A DNA stretch of 38,645 nucleotides from Candidatus Liptonbacteria bacterium. GTDB lineage: Bacteria; Patescibacteriota; Minisyncoccia; UBA6257; Colwellbacteraceae. Of the stretch, positions 25,652 through 34,136 are shown in pieces. Within the stretch, counting starts at the first letter, position 1. Each line of letters starts with the position of its first letter. The notes under the pieces are model-generated. The model saw only the letters and a list, made by a program, of their open reading frames with translations. It was not told the DNA's origin and ran no database searches. The DNA lies in NCBI GenBank assembly GCA_019923695.1, contig JAHXGO010000004.1, forward strand, positions 1-38,645, read 5' to 3'. Both the position numbers and the translations under genes were made by a program.

Positions 25652-25994
25652 TTTTCAAAAAAATTATTTTTTTTAATCTTTTAACAAGCAATCTGTTTTT
25701 TGGAAGCATCCCCGCCACGGTTTGTTTTAATAACTTTTCCGGACTTTTACTAAAAACTTCCCTAAGTTTTCTTTCTTTTAAATGGCCGGGACGACCAGTA
25801 TGATGATAATAAATTTTCTGCTCAATTTTTTTGCCGGTAAATTTTAAATCATTTATATTTTTAATAATAACCCGAGCGTCCCCTTCAAGCCTAGGGTCAT
25901 AATCCGGAGAATTTTTGCCTTGTAAAATAACAGCTATTTTTGAAGCTAACCTTCCTAAAGATTGATTTTTTGCGTCTAAAGTATATTCTTTCAT
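25644..25994 (-). CDS. rplM: 50S ribosomal protein L13 (short form)
   Basis: DAKNQSLGRLAS, YYHHTGRPG, GMLPKNRL. Confidence 0.96.
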   Translation of the reverse strand: MKEYTLDAKNQSLGRLASKIAVILQGKNSPDYDPRLEGDARVIIKNINDLKFTGKKIEQKIYYHHTGRPGHLKERKLREVFSKSPEKLLKQTVAGMLPKNRLLVKRLKKIIFLKND

Positions 25995-26045
25995 TTTTAT
26001 AATAGATTATTCTTTGATTAAAGGTTATCCTTTAACCGTAAAAAA

Positions 26046-26396
26046 TTAAACAAATTCAATGATAGCTAAACCAACTCCGTCCCTTTTCCGCGATTTTGCG
26101 GTTTTTATAATCCTTAAATATCCTCCCTTCCTTTCTTTGTACTTTGGAACAATTTCATGATAAAGCTTAAAAGCCGATTTTTCGGGAAGCCTTGCTAAAA
26201 AATAACGCAAAGATGTCAAGTTCTGTTTTTTCCCATAAGTAATTAATTTTTCCAAAACAGGCTTTATTTCCTTTGCTCTCGCTAAAGTAGTTTCAATCTT
26301 TCCTTTTAAAATAAGATTATTTAAAAGACCCCTTACAAAATGACGCCGAGGGCCTTTTTTTCTTCCAAACTTTCTCCCTTTTTTCAAATGACGCAT
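26046..26396 (-). CDS. rplQ: 50S ribosomal protein L17
   Basis: MRHLKKGRKFGR, IETTLARAKE, RKGGYLRI. Confidence 0.97.
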   Translation of the reverse strand: MRHLKKGRKFGRKKGPRRHFVRGLLNNLILKGKIETTLARAKEIKPVLEKLITYGKKQNLTSLRYFLARLPEKSAFKLYHEIVPKYKERKGGYLRIIKTAKSRKRDGVGLAIIEFV

Positions 26397-26404
26397 ATTT
26401 TATC

Positions 26405-27211
26405 TTATTTTTTTGAAACTTTCACGGATTTTTTATCTTCTCCTCTAATTTCTTTTTTATCTTCCTCAAAAACAACGGATTCTTCTTCATCCTTAGATTG
26501 TCCTTTAACTAAAGATGATTCTTTAATCAGAAAAATCTTTTTAAAATGATCGCACAAAATATTACTTGCCTTATACAATGCTTCCGAAGGCAAAATAGAA
26601 CCATCAGTCTCAATAGTTAATTTTAACCGGTTATAATCAGTTCTTTTTCCCACTCGCATATCTTCAATCATAAAACTTACATTGCGAACAGGACTAAAAA
26701 AGGCGTCTAAGGTAATAATTCCTATTTCTAATTTCTCGGTCTTCCTTTTTTCTACCGAAACATAACCAAGTCCTTTTTCCACTGTTAGCTCCAGCTCAAT
26801 TTCCGCTTTTTTATCAGTAACCGTAAAAAGATGTTGATCCACATTAGCCACAATAACTTGAGCGTTAGAAGTAATATCTTTGGCAAAAACTTTCTTTTCC
26901 CCCTTAACTTTTAAAGTCAAAACTTGAGGGCTATCAGCATAAAAAGAAAACCTTACTTTTTTAAGATTTAAACCGATTTCTATGACATCTTCTAAAACTC
27001 CCGAAATAGTTGAAAACTCATGTAAAATTCCCTTAATTTTAAATTGTGTAATAGCTGCGCCTGGGATCGAAGACAAAAGAGCTCTCCTTAGACTATTACC
27101 AATAGTCAAACCATAGCCAGGATAAAAGCCTTCTATGTTAAAAACGCCGACTTTTTTATCTTCGGAAAATTTTTTAATATTAACGCTTTCGCTAAGATAA
27201 GAATATTCCAT
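26405..27211 (-). CDS. rpoA: RNA polymerase alpha subunit lacking a recognisable alpha-CTD
   Basis: GYGLTIGNSLRRALLSS, HEFSTISGVLED, DAFFSPV, RVGKRTDYNRL. Confidence 0.96.
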   Translation of the reverse strand: MEYSYLSESVNIKKFSEDKKVGVFNIEGFYPGYGLTIGNSLRRALLSSIPGAAITQFKIKGILHEFSTISGVLEDVIEIGLNLKKVRFSFYADSPQVLTLKVKGEKKVFAKDITSNAQVIVANVDQHLFTVTDKKAEIELELTVEKGLGYVSVEKRKTEKLEIGIITLDAFFSPVRNVSFMIEDMRVGKRTDYNRLKLTIETDGSILPSEALYKASNILCDHFKKIFLIKESSLVKGQSKDEEESVVFEEDKKEIRGEDKKSVKVSKK

Positions 27212-27249
27212 ATTTTTATTTTTTTATTACAACGAATTTTAATAAAAGG

Positions 27250-27858
27250 CTATCTTGAATAATAATTAATAATTAAATTTAAATCAAAGACAATATCAAT
27301 GTCCTTTGGCTCAACTAAAACTTTTCCGATTAATTTTTCTTTATCAAAGTCAAACCACAAAGGCATTTTATAATTCTTTAAACGGCTATCCAAGTCCTTA
27401 ATAAGAGGACTTTCTTTTTTAACATCTAAAACGATTTCATCATTTAATTTAACTATAAAAGACGGGATAGTTGTCTTTTTTTTATTAACTTTAATATGAC
27501 CATGACTGACCAACTGACGGGCAACTCTTCTTGAAGGCGCCAAGCCTAATCTAAAAACAACATTATCAAGCCGTTTTTCAAGTAATTTAATAAAAGCTAT
27601 GTCAGTTGGCTCATTTGATTTATTAGCTAAAACAAAATATTGCTTTATTTCTTTTTCTTTCAAACCATAACTAAAACGAATTTTCTGTTTCTCTGCTAAT
27701 TGACGACCATATTCGCTAATTTTACGAAATTTTTTATTGTGTTGGCCAGGACGATAAGGCCTCTTAACCATCGCGCACTTCGAAGACGAACAACGCTCAC
27801 CTTTTATAAAAAGTTTTGTTCCTAAGGCTCTTTCTTTTTTTTCTAAAATTTTAATCAT
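27250..27858 (-). CDS. rpsD: 30S ribosomal protein S4
   Basis: SEYGRQLAEKQK, LEKRLDNVVFRLG, ARQLVSHGH. Confidence 0.97.
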   Translation of the reverse strand: MIKILEKKERALGTKLFIKGERCSSSKCAMVKRPYRPGQHNKKFRKISEYGRQLAEKQKIRFSYGLKEKEIKQYFVLANKSNEPTDIAFIKLLEKRLDNVVFRLGLAPSRRVARQLVSHGHIKVNKKKTTIPSFIVKLNDEIVLDVKKESPLIKDLDSRLKNYKMPLWFDFDKEKLIGKVLVEPKDIDIVFDLNLIINYYSR

Positions 27859-27876
27859 AATATAAATTTATATAAT

Positions 27877-28317
27877 TTAAACTCTTCTCTTTTTTGGGGG
27901 TTTAGGACCATTATGAGGAATCGGAGTAATATCTTTAACAGATAAAATATTAAAACCACGATTAATTAAAGATCGCAAAGCAGAGTCTCTCCCTCCGCCA
28001 ACACCACAGATAAAAACATTGACATTAAAAGGCCCGGTTTTACTTATTTTTTCAGCTAACGCAGACACAACTCTTTGAGCCACGAAAGAAGTAGCTTTTT
28101 TTGGTCCTGAAAAACCCATTGATCCGGCTGAAATCCAAGTAATAACATTTCCTAAATTATCCGTTACAGTGATGATAGTATTATTATAAGAAATATTAAT
28201 ATAAATTCTTCCGCTTTCAATAATTTTAGAACTTTTCTTGCCTTGAGAAACTGAAGTTGATTTTGAAACTCCCTCAACTGAAGTTGCTGATTGTGAAACG
28301 ACTCTTTTTTTACCCAT
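27877..28317 (-). CDS. rpsK: 30S ribosomal protein S11
   Basis: NNTIITVTD, SAGSMGF, DITPIPHNG. Confidence 0.97.
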   Translation of the reverse strand: MGKKRVVSQSATSVEGVSKSTSVSQGKKSSKIIESGRIYINISYNNTIITVTDNLGNVITWISAGSMGFSGPKKATSFVAQRVVSALAEKISKTGPFNVNVFICGVGGGRDSALRSLINRGFNILSVKDITPIPHNGPKPPKKRRV

Positions 28318-28351
28318 AATTTAAATAATTGATAATTTTAAAACTATTTGA

Positions 28352-28735
28352 TTATTTTAATTCTGTTTTTCTTTTACCGCTGGTAACAGTTTTTCTAAGA
28401 TTCCCCCTAACTGTACGAGAATTAGTTTTTGTCCGCTGCCCCCTTGTTGGTAATCTTTTAGCGTGCCGCGTCCCCCGATAAGTATGAATATCTTTTAATC
28501 TAACAATGTTCTGTTTTATCACTTGACGCAATTCACCTTCAACTTTATAGTCACGCTCCATAATTTCTTTTATTTTGCTAACTTCTGAAGAACTTAAATC
28601 TTTAGCGCGTTTATTGAGATCGATTTTTGCTTCGCTTAAAATCTTTTTGCTTGAAAAACGACCTATGCCGTAAATATAAGACAACGCCGCTTCAATGCGT
28701 TTATTGTCAGGAATATTAATACCAATTATTCTCAT
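28352..28735 (-). CDS. rpsM: 30S ribosomal protein S13
   Basis: RIIGINIP, YIYGIG, YRGTRH, RGQRTKTNSRT. Confidence 0.97.
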   Translation of the reverse strand: MRIIGINIPDNKRIEAALSYIYGIGRFSSKKILSEAKIDLNKRAKDLSSSEVSKIKEIMERDYKVEGELRQVIKQNIVRLKDIHTYRGTRHAKRLPTRGQRTKTNSRTVRGNLRKTVTSGKRKTELK

Positions 28736-28744
28736 AATTATAAT

Positions 28745-28861
28745 TTAACCTTGTCTTTGTTTATGTTTTGATATTTTTTTACAAATAACATAAATCCTGC
28801 CTTTTCGACGGACTATTTGGCATTCTTTACATATTGTTTTTACTGAAGGCCTAACTTTCAT
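28745..28861 (-). CDS. rpmJ: 50S ribosomal protein L36 (38 aa, zinc-binding type; absent from the ORF track)
   Basis: [38 protein letters not shown]. Confidence 0.96.
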   Translation of the reverse strand: MKVRPSVKTICKECQIVRRKGRIYVICKKISKHKQRQG

Positions 28862-28906
28862 TTAATCTTTTTATATCTCAATTTGTTATATTAAATACTC
28901 TACTTA

Positions 28907-29119
28907 CTATAATCTCCTTATAATTCTGCCCCTAATTCTTCCTTTTTTATCATCATATGAAGACATTTCAACTATAACCTTGTCTCCCGGTAAAACCTTA
29001 ATTTTATTCCGACGCATTCTGCCGGCAAGATAAGCTAAGGCTTCGCGCTCTAAATTATTCAATTTAACTCTAAAATTAAGATTTGGAAGCGCCTCCACTA
29101 CTATACCTGTTTCAGTCAT
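28907..29119 (-). CDS. infA: translation initiation factor IF-1
   Basis: [33 protein letters not shown]. Confidence 0.96.
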   Translation of the reverse strand: MTETGIVVEALPNLNFRVKLNNLEREALAYLAGRMRRNKIKVLPGDKVIVEMSSYDDKKGRIRGRIIRRL

Positions 29120-29129
29120 ATAGTGTTTA

Positions 29130-29159
29130 ATGTTAGCATAAAAAATCTTTAAAGGTCAA
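29130..29159 (-). promoter_or_regulatory. promoter of the infA-rpoA-rpsI cluster
   Basis: TTGACC-18-TAACAT with an extended -10 TGn. Confidence 0.55.
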
Positions 29160-29180
29160 CCCATTTTAAAACTTCTAAAA

Positions 29181-30773
29181 TTATTCGTAACTAACTTCAA
29201 CTTTTTCTAATAAAAAGGGTACCGAATTTACCCAAAAGGGCCAAAAATTAACATCAACTTTTTCCACATCTGGCATATTTAAAATTAAAATTTTGATTTC
29301 TGACGCTCGCTTTCCTAAAACAGAATTTTTAAACTCTTCCGCATTAAACGGCCTTGTCCATTTTGAATTAAACTCAACATTAACAGAAAAAACATTATTT
29401 TCAAAATCAAATTCGGGAAGACTATATTTAATATCATATTTTTTTAAGACAAAATCGCCTTCTCTGTCCTGAATAAATCTGTTGGTAAGCGCCTTCACTA
29501 AATCTATTTCTTTAAAAGCAACAACCTTTCCTTCGGCAACAATTGTAAATCTAAAAACTCCCCTTGAGTCCCCTTCTTTTGAAACCTCTTCTTTTATAAC
29601 ATTAAATTCAAAAACATCATCAAAAACTTTCAAATCTTGAGGAATCTGACTTAAAAGTTTTATTTTTGAATTACCTTTAAGAGTTTGACGAGCTCTTTCT
29701 TTAACCGAAGCTATATCGCTTTCAGTCGGTATTTTAATTTTTCCGATAAAACCACCTTTAGTCGGCTCTTTTAATTCTCCATAAAAAGCTTCATATTTCG
29801 GCATTCCTTGAAAACCGGGAATACTAAGTCTACTTATCGGCCCAAGATTATATTCTTCACCCGGCTTATCGGCTCTAACCATTACTTCAATACTTGAAGG
29901 AATTATTGTCCCTCTTTCAATATTGGCGCCAGGCACCCTTACTGCCGATAAAGTTCTAAAAATTTTTCCGTCTGGAGTCATAAAACGAGTATTTTTAATA
30001 AGCAACTGTGATTTCGAACTATAAGAATTATAAACAGTAATTTTTCCGGTAGCTTTATTTTCAACATTTTTCTCTCCGCTAGCGGTAAAATCAAAAACCT
30101 GATTTTGCATATCTTTAAAAACCTGACCTTTAACAGCTATTTTATTTTCAGTTTGAAGATCATCGATTAAAATTACAACTTCATCATTAAAAACCCAATC
30201 TGTTGTTTTAAGAGTTATATGAACATCAGCATGAGGCAAAACCCTTGTTATTAAAGTAAAAATAAGAAAAATAAGTCCCGAAATAAATAAAAATATAAGC
30301 GTTTTTTTCAAAAAAATAAGCATTGAAGAAAACCAAGATCGTTTTACTTTTTTTTCTTCTCCATCCCACTCTTCGCTTTCTTCTTGACCTTCTTCTTTGT
30401 TCTCTTCTTTATTTTCTTCTTTGTTTTCTTCTTGATTTTCTTTCTCTTCGCGCTCTATGCTCAAATACTTTGTTTTCGATGTTTTTCTAGGAATTATGTC
30501 AATAAAAGATTTTTTAGTTTGTCTTAAAAAAGGTATAGAAGCTTCAAAACCAGCCGAAACCGCCATATTAACAATATCTTCTTCAAACGACTCAACAATA
30601 ACTTTTTTTCTACTTCTTTTTATTTTCTGTTTAATCGCATAAAAATCATTTTTCCCTTCTTCAAATACTAATCCTTGCTGAATATGAAGCAAAATTTCTT
30701 TATCTGGACAATTTAAAATCTTTTGGATAATCGACTTTAAATTATCTTCTTTACTAATGTAAATTTTTGTCAT
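29181..30773 (-). CDS. membrane-anchored protein with a baseplate-J-like extracytoplasmic region
   Basis: Acidic linker, one TM, then KATGKITVYN...TRF.TPDGKIFRT...V.ADKPGEEYN and a C-terminal PFW motif. Confidence 0.65.
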   Translation of the reverse strand: MTKIYISKEDNLKSIIQKILNCPDKEILLHIQQGLVFEEGKNDFYAIKQKIKRSRKKVIVESFEEDIVNMAVSAGFEASIPFLRQTKKSFIDIIPRKTSKTKYLSIEREEKENQEENKEENKEENKEEGQEESEEWDGEEKKVKRSWFSSMLIFLKKTLIFLFISGLIFLIFTLITRVLPHADVHITLKTTDWVFNDEVVILIDDLQTENKIAVKGQVFKDMQNQVFDFTASGEKNVENKATGKITVYNSYSSKSQLLIKNTRFMTPDGKIFRTLSAVRVPGANIERGTIIPSSIEVMVRADKPGEEYNLGPISRLSIPGFQGMPKYEAFYGELKEPTKGGFIGKIKIPTESDIASVKERARQTLKGNSKIKLLSQIPQDLKVFDDVFEFNVIKEEVSKEGDSRGVFRFTIVAEGKVVAFKEIDLVKALTNRFIQDREGDFVLKKYDIKYSLPEFDFENNVFSVNVEFNSKWTRPFNAEEFKNSVLGKRASEIKILILNMPDVEKVDVNFWPFWVNSVPFLLEKVEVSYE

Positions 30774-30849
30774 TCCTTTATTTTTGTATATTAGTATTTC
30801 ATTTATAATAAGTCTTTTACTTACTATAACAAAATAATCTCCGCTTCAC

Positions 30850-30895
30850 TATAGCAAGCGGGGGCCGCTCAATATATTAAACTCAAAATTCAGTA
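30850..30895 (+). repeat. TATA-bounded GATATAT repeat copy
   Basis: tatagcaagcgggggccgctcaatatattaaac aligns to 9246-9278. Confidence 0.65.
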
Positions 30896-30977
30896 GCAAA
30901 TATAATATTCAATATAACAATTAATAAAACTTTTTAAGTTTAATCTAAAAACAACAGAAAAAAACGCTTTGTGTCGT

Positions 30978-32837
30978 TTAAATATAAATATCAGCTTTTA
31001 TCCGCCTTATCCCTTTTGCCACCGCCTCTTCTTTTAAAATTTTAAATTCTTTTAATTCCGAGGTTCGGGCGGCATGGGGTCCGCCGCAAATTTCCCTTGA
31101 AAAAATATAGCCATCTTTCCCAGTCGTATAAACTTTAACTTTTGTCTTATATTTATTTTCAAAAACTCCCAAAATTCCTTTTTGTTTAGCCTCTTCTAAA
31201 TCCATCTCTTCTGCTGTCACTATTAAATCTTCTTTAATTTTTTCGTTAATTAAACTCTCGATTTTTTTAAGTTCGTTTTCGCTTAATTTTTCGTTATGAG
31301 AAAAATCAAATCGCAATCTTTCAGTAGTAATATTGCTTCCTTTTTGAAAAACATGATTCCCTAAAACCTCCCTTAAAGCCGCTAAAAGAAGATGAGTCGC
31401 AGTATGAAGCTTAACTGTTTTTCCGCTTAGATCAACCAAACCTCCTTTAAATAAGCCCGCTGAAGCAGTCCTTGAAAGTTCTTGATGTTTCTTAAATTCT
31501 AAATTAAACCCTTTTTCATCTATTTTTATCTCTCTTTCTTTTGATAGTTCCTTAATAAGCTCAAAGGGAAAACCATAAGTCTGATATAAATCAAAAGCCT
31601 CAAAACCAGAAATTTCTTTTCTGTCAGAAATTTTTTCAAACTCCTTCAACCCTTTTGCCAAAGTTTTAATAAACCTTTGTTCTTCTCTTAAAATTTCTCT
31701 GATGATAAAATCAAAATTTTTTTCCAATTCAGGATAAATGTTCTGATACATTTCTTTTATGAGCCAAACAATATCCTTAAACCAATCATCCTGATTAATT
31801 CCGATTTCTTGAGCGTAGCGTATTGCTCTTCTTATTAGCCGTCTAATCACATAACCTTGACCGACGTTCGAAGGAAAAAGACCTTTATCATCAGCCATAA
31901 TAAAAACAACTGCCTTAAAATGATCAGCGATAATTTCAAAAGCTTTTTGATTGTTGAAATATTTTTTTCCTGATAATTCTTCTATCTTTTGAATAATCCG
32001 ATAAAAAAGATCCGTTTCAAAAACATTATTTTTATTCTGAACCATCATTGTAATTCTTTCCAACCCTCCGCCAAAATCAACATTTTTGCTTTCAAGTTCT
32101 CGCCAGCCATCTTCGGTTTTCTGATATTGGATAAAAACAGAATTGCCGATTTCTATAAAGCGGCCGCAATCGCAATTGATATGGCAATATTTTCCGAATT
32201 TCAAGTTATGTTTTTTTCCGGTGTCGTAAAAAGTCTCGGAATCAGGGCCGCCTAATTCTCCAACCGCCTCGCCCCTTTGCCACCAGTTTTTATCACGATA
32301 AGCAAAAATTTTTTCGTTATTAAAATCTATTTCCCGGCCCGGGCCAATTTCTCCTTTTATTAAAGTTTCCGGTCCTTCTTCCGCCTTAATTCCATATTTC
32401 TTAAATATCTCTTTTAAAACTCCTACTGATTCCTCATCTTTTCCCACCTGCCCGTCGCCGGCGTAAACAGTCTGATAAAGCTGACTTGGATTTATTTTTA
32501 ACTCTTCAATTAAAAATTCATACCACCAATTCAACTGTTCTTTTTTAAAATAATCGCCGAAAGACCAGTTACCAAGCATTTCAAAAAAGGTATTATGCCG
32601 ATTATCACCGATTGAATCAATGTCTTCCGTCCTAAAACATTTTTGAAAATTTACTATTCTTTGGCCGGCAGGATGTTTTTCGCCTAAAAAATAAGGCACC
32701 AAAGGAAACATCCCCGAATTAGTAAAAAGTAAAGATGAATCATTTTCCGGGATTAAAGAAGCTGAAGAAATAATATTATGTTTTTTATCTTCAAAAAATC
32801 TTAAAAATTTTTTTCTTACTTCGTTTGAATCCATCAT
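30978..32837 (-). CDS. alaS: alanyl-tRNA synthetase (short form without C-Ala domain)
   Basis: LLFTNSGM, HNTFFEMLGNWSFGDYFK, DLYQTYGFP, HTATHLL, EICGGPH, ends at GIRRIKA. Confidence 0.97.
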   Translation of the reverse strand: MMDSNEVRKKFLRFFEDKKHNIISSASLIPENDSSLLFTNSGMFPLVPYFLGEKHPAGQRIVNFQKCFRTEDIDSIGDNRHNTFFEMLGNWSFGDYFKKEQLNWWYEFLIEELKINPSQLYQTVYAGDGQVGKDEESVGVLKEIFKKYGIKAEEGPETLIKGEIGPGREIDFNNEKIFAYRDKNWWQRGEAVGELGGPDSETFYDTGKKHNLKFGKYCHINCDCGRFIEIGNSVFIQYQKTEDGWRELESKNVDFGGGLERITMMVQNKNNVFETDLFYRIIQKIEELSGKKYFNNQKAFEIIADHFKAVVFIMADDKGLFPSNVGQGYVIRRLIRRAIRYAQEIGINQDDWFKDIVWLIKEMYQNIYPELEKNFDFIIREILREEQRFIKTLAKGLKEFEKISDRKEISGFEAFDLYQTYGFPFELIKELSKEREIKIDEKGFNLEFKKHQELSRTASAGLFKGGLVDLSGKTVKLHTATHLLLAALREVLGNHVFQKGSNITTERLRFDFSHNEKLSENELKKIESLINEKIKEDLIVTAEEMDLEEAKQKGILGVFENKYKTKVKVYTTGKDGYIFSREICGGPHAARTSELKEFKILKEEAVAKGIRRIKADIYI

Positions 32838-32840
32838 TGT

Positions 32841-34127
32841 TTAATATTCTTTAAATTTTTCGGACTTCTTATGATTTTTTATTTTATCCAAAGCCTTTGC
32901 TTCAATTTGCCTTATTCTTTCACGGGTTACTCCAAAAACCTGACCAACTTCTTCAAGAGTATGACTAACGCCATCTTCAAGCCCGAATCTTAATTCTAAA
33001 ATTTTTCTTTCCCTCTCGGTTAAGTCATCCAAAACCTCCTTGATTTGACCTCTTAAAATTTGATGAGAGACAACATGAGTCGGGCTCAAAACTTTTTCAT
33101 CAGGAATAAATTCCGATAAAGTAGTATCTTCCTCTTCTCCAACCGGCGACTCTAATGAAAGAACTTCTTGAGATATTTTTTGGATATTACGAACTTTGTC
33201 AACATCAATACTCATTTCCGCCGCCACTTCTTCGGCTAAAGGCTCTCTGCCAAGCTCCTGCATTAATTTCCTTTTCGCTTGAGTATATTTGGAAATTGTC
33301 TCAACCATATGAACCGGAATCCTGATTGTTCTGGAGTGGTCGGCCAAAGACCTAGTAATCGCTTGTCTTATCCACCAAGTGGCATAAGTTGAAAATTTAA
33401 ATCCCCTTTTATAATCAAATTTCTGAACCGCCCTAAAAAGCCCAAGATTACCCTCTTGAATAAAGTCTAAAATACTTAAATGAATGCTTCGATTAATGTA
33501 GCGTTTAGCGATTGAAACAACCAATCTTAAATTCGACTTTATCAGTCTTTGTCTCGCTTCCTCGTCTCCTTTAAGAATTTTTTTAGCTAAATCTTTTTCT
33601 TCATAAGCGGTTAAAAGAGGTGTCCTGCCGATTTCCCTTAAATAAATTTGAACATTGTCCGGTAATTCGTCGCTTATCAAAATCGCTTCTTCCAGTTCTT
33701 TTTTAGTAATTTCTCCTCCTCCAGGAAGGTCTATTAATTGACCGACATCAACAATTTTAATGCCGTTTTCCTCCAATCTATCGTAAATTTCTTCTAAAAA
33801 ACTAATATCATTTTCAACCCTAGGAAAATATTTTAAAATTTCAATATCGGTAACAAAACCCTTTGTCTTGCCTTGAGAAATCAATTCATCAAGCAACTGA
33901 CTCTCGGCTTTACCCTTTTTTACCGAAGCTATATTTGAAGAAGGTTCAAAAACTAATTTTTTTTTCTTATTATTTTTTTTCGCCAATTTTTTAACTTTGA
34001 CTTTTCTTTTATGGATAAAGGACGACTTACGGCCAAAAGACGACTTGGCTGTTTTTTTTGTTTTTTTCTGCTTCAGCTTAGGCTTTAAAACTTTCTTGTT
34101 CTTTTTTTGTTTTTTATTTTTTTTCAT
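32841..34127 (-). CDS. rpoD: primary sigma factor
   Basis: [51 protein letters not shown]. Confidence 0.97.
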   Translation of the reverse strand: MKKNKKQKKNKKVLKPKLKQKKTKKTAKSSFGRKSSFIHKRKVKVKKLAKKNNKKKKLVFEPSSNIASVKKGKAESQLLDELISQGKTKGFVTDIEILKYFPRVENDISFLEEIYDRLEENGIKIVDVGQLIDLPGGGEITKKELEEAILISDELPDNVQIYLREIGRTPLLTAYEEKDLAKKILKGDEEARQRLIKSNLRLVVSIAKRYINRSIHLSILDFIQEGNLGLFRAVQKFDYKRGFKFSTYATWWIRQAITRSLADHSRTIRIPVHMVETISKYTQAKRKLMQELGREPLAEEVAAEMSIDVDKVRNIQKISQEVLSLESPVGEEEDTTLSEFIPDEKVLSPTHVVSHQILRGQIKEVLDDLTERERKILELRFGLEDGVSHTLEEVGQVFGVTRERIRQIEAKALDKIKNHKKSEKFKEY

Positions 34128-34136
34128 ATTTATTAA

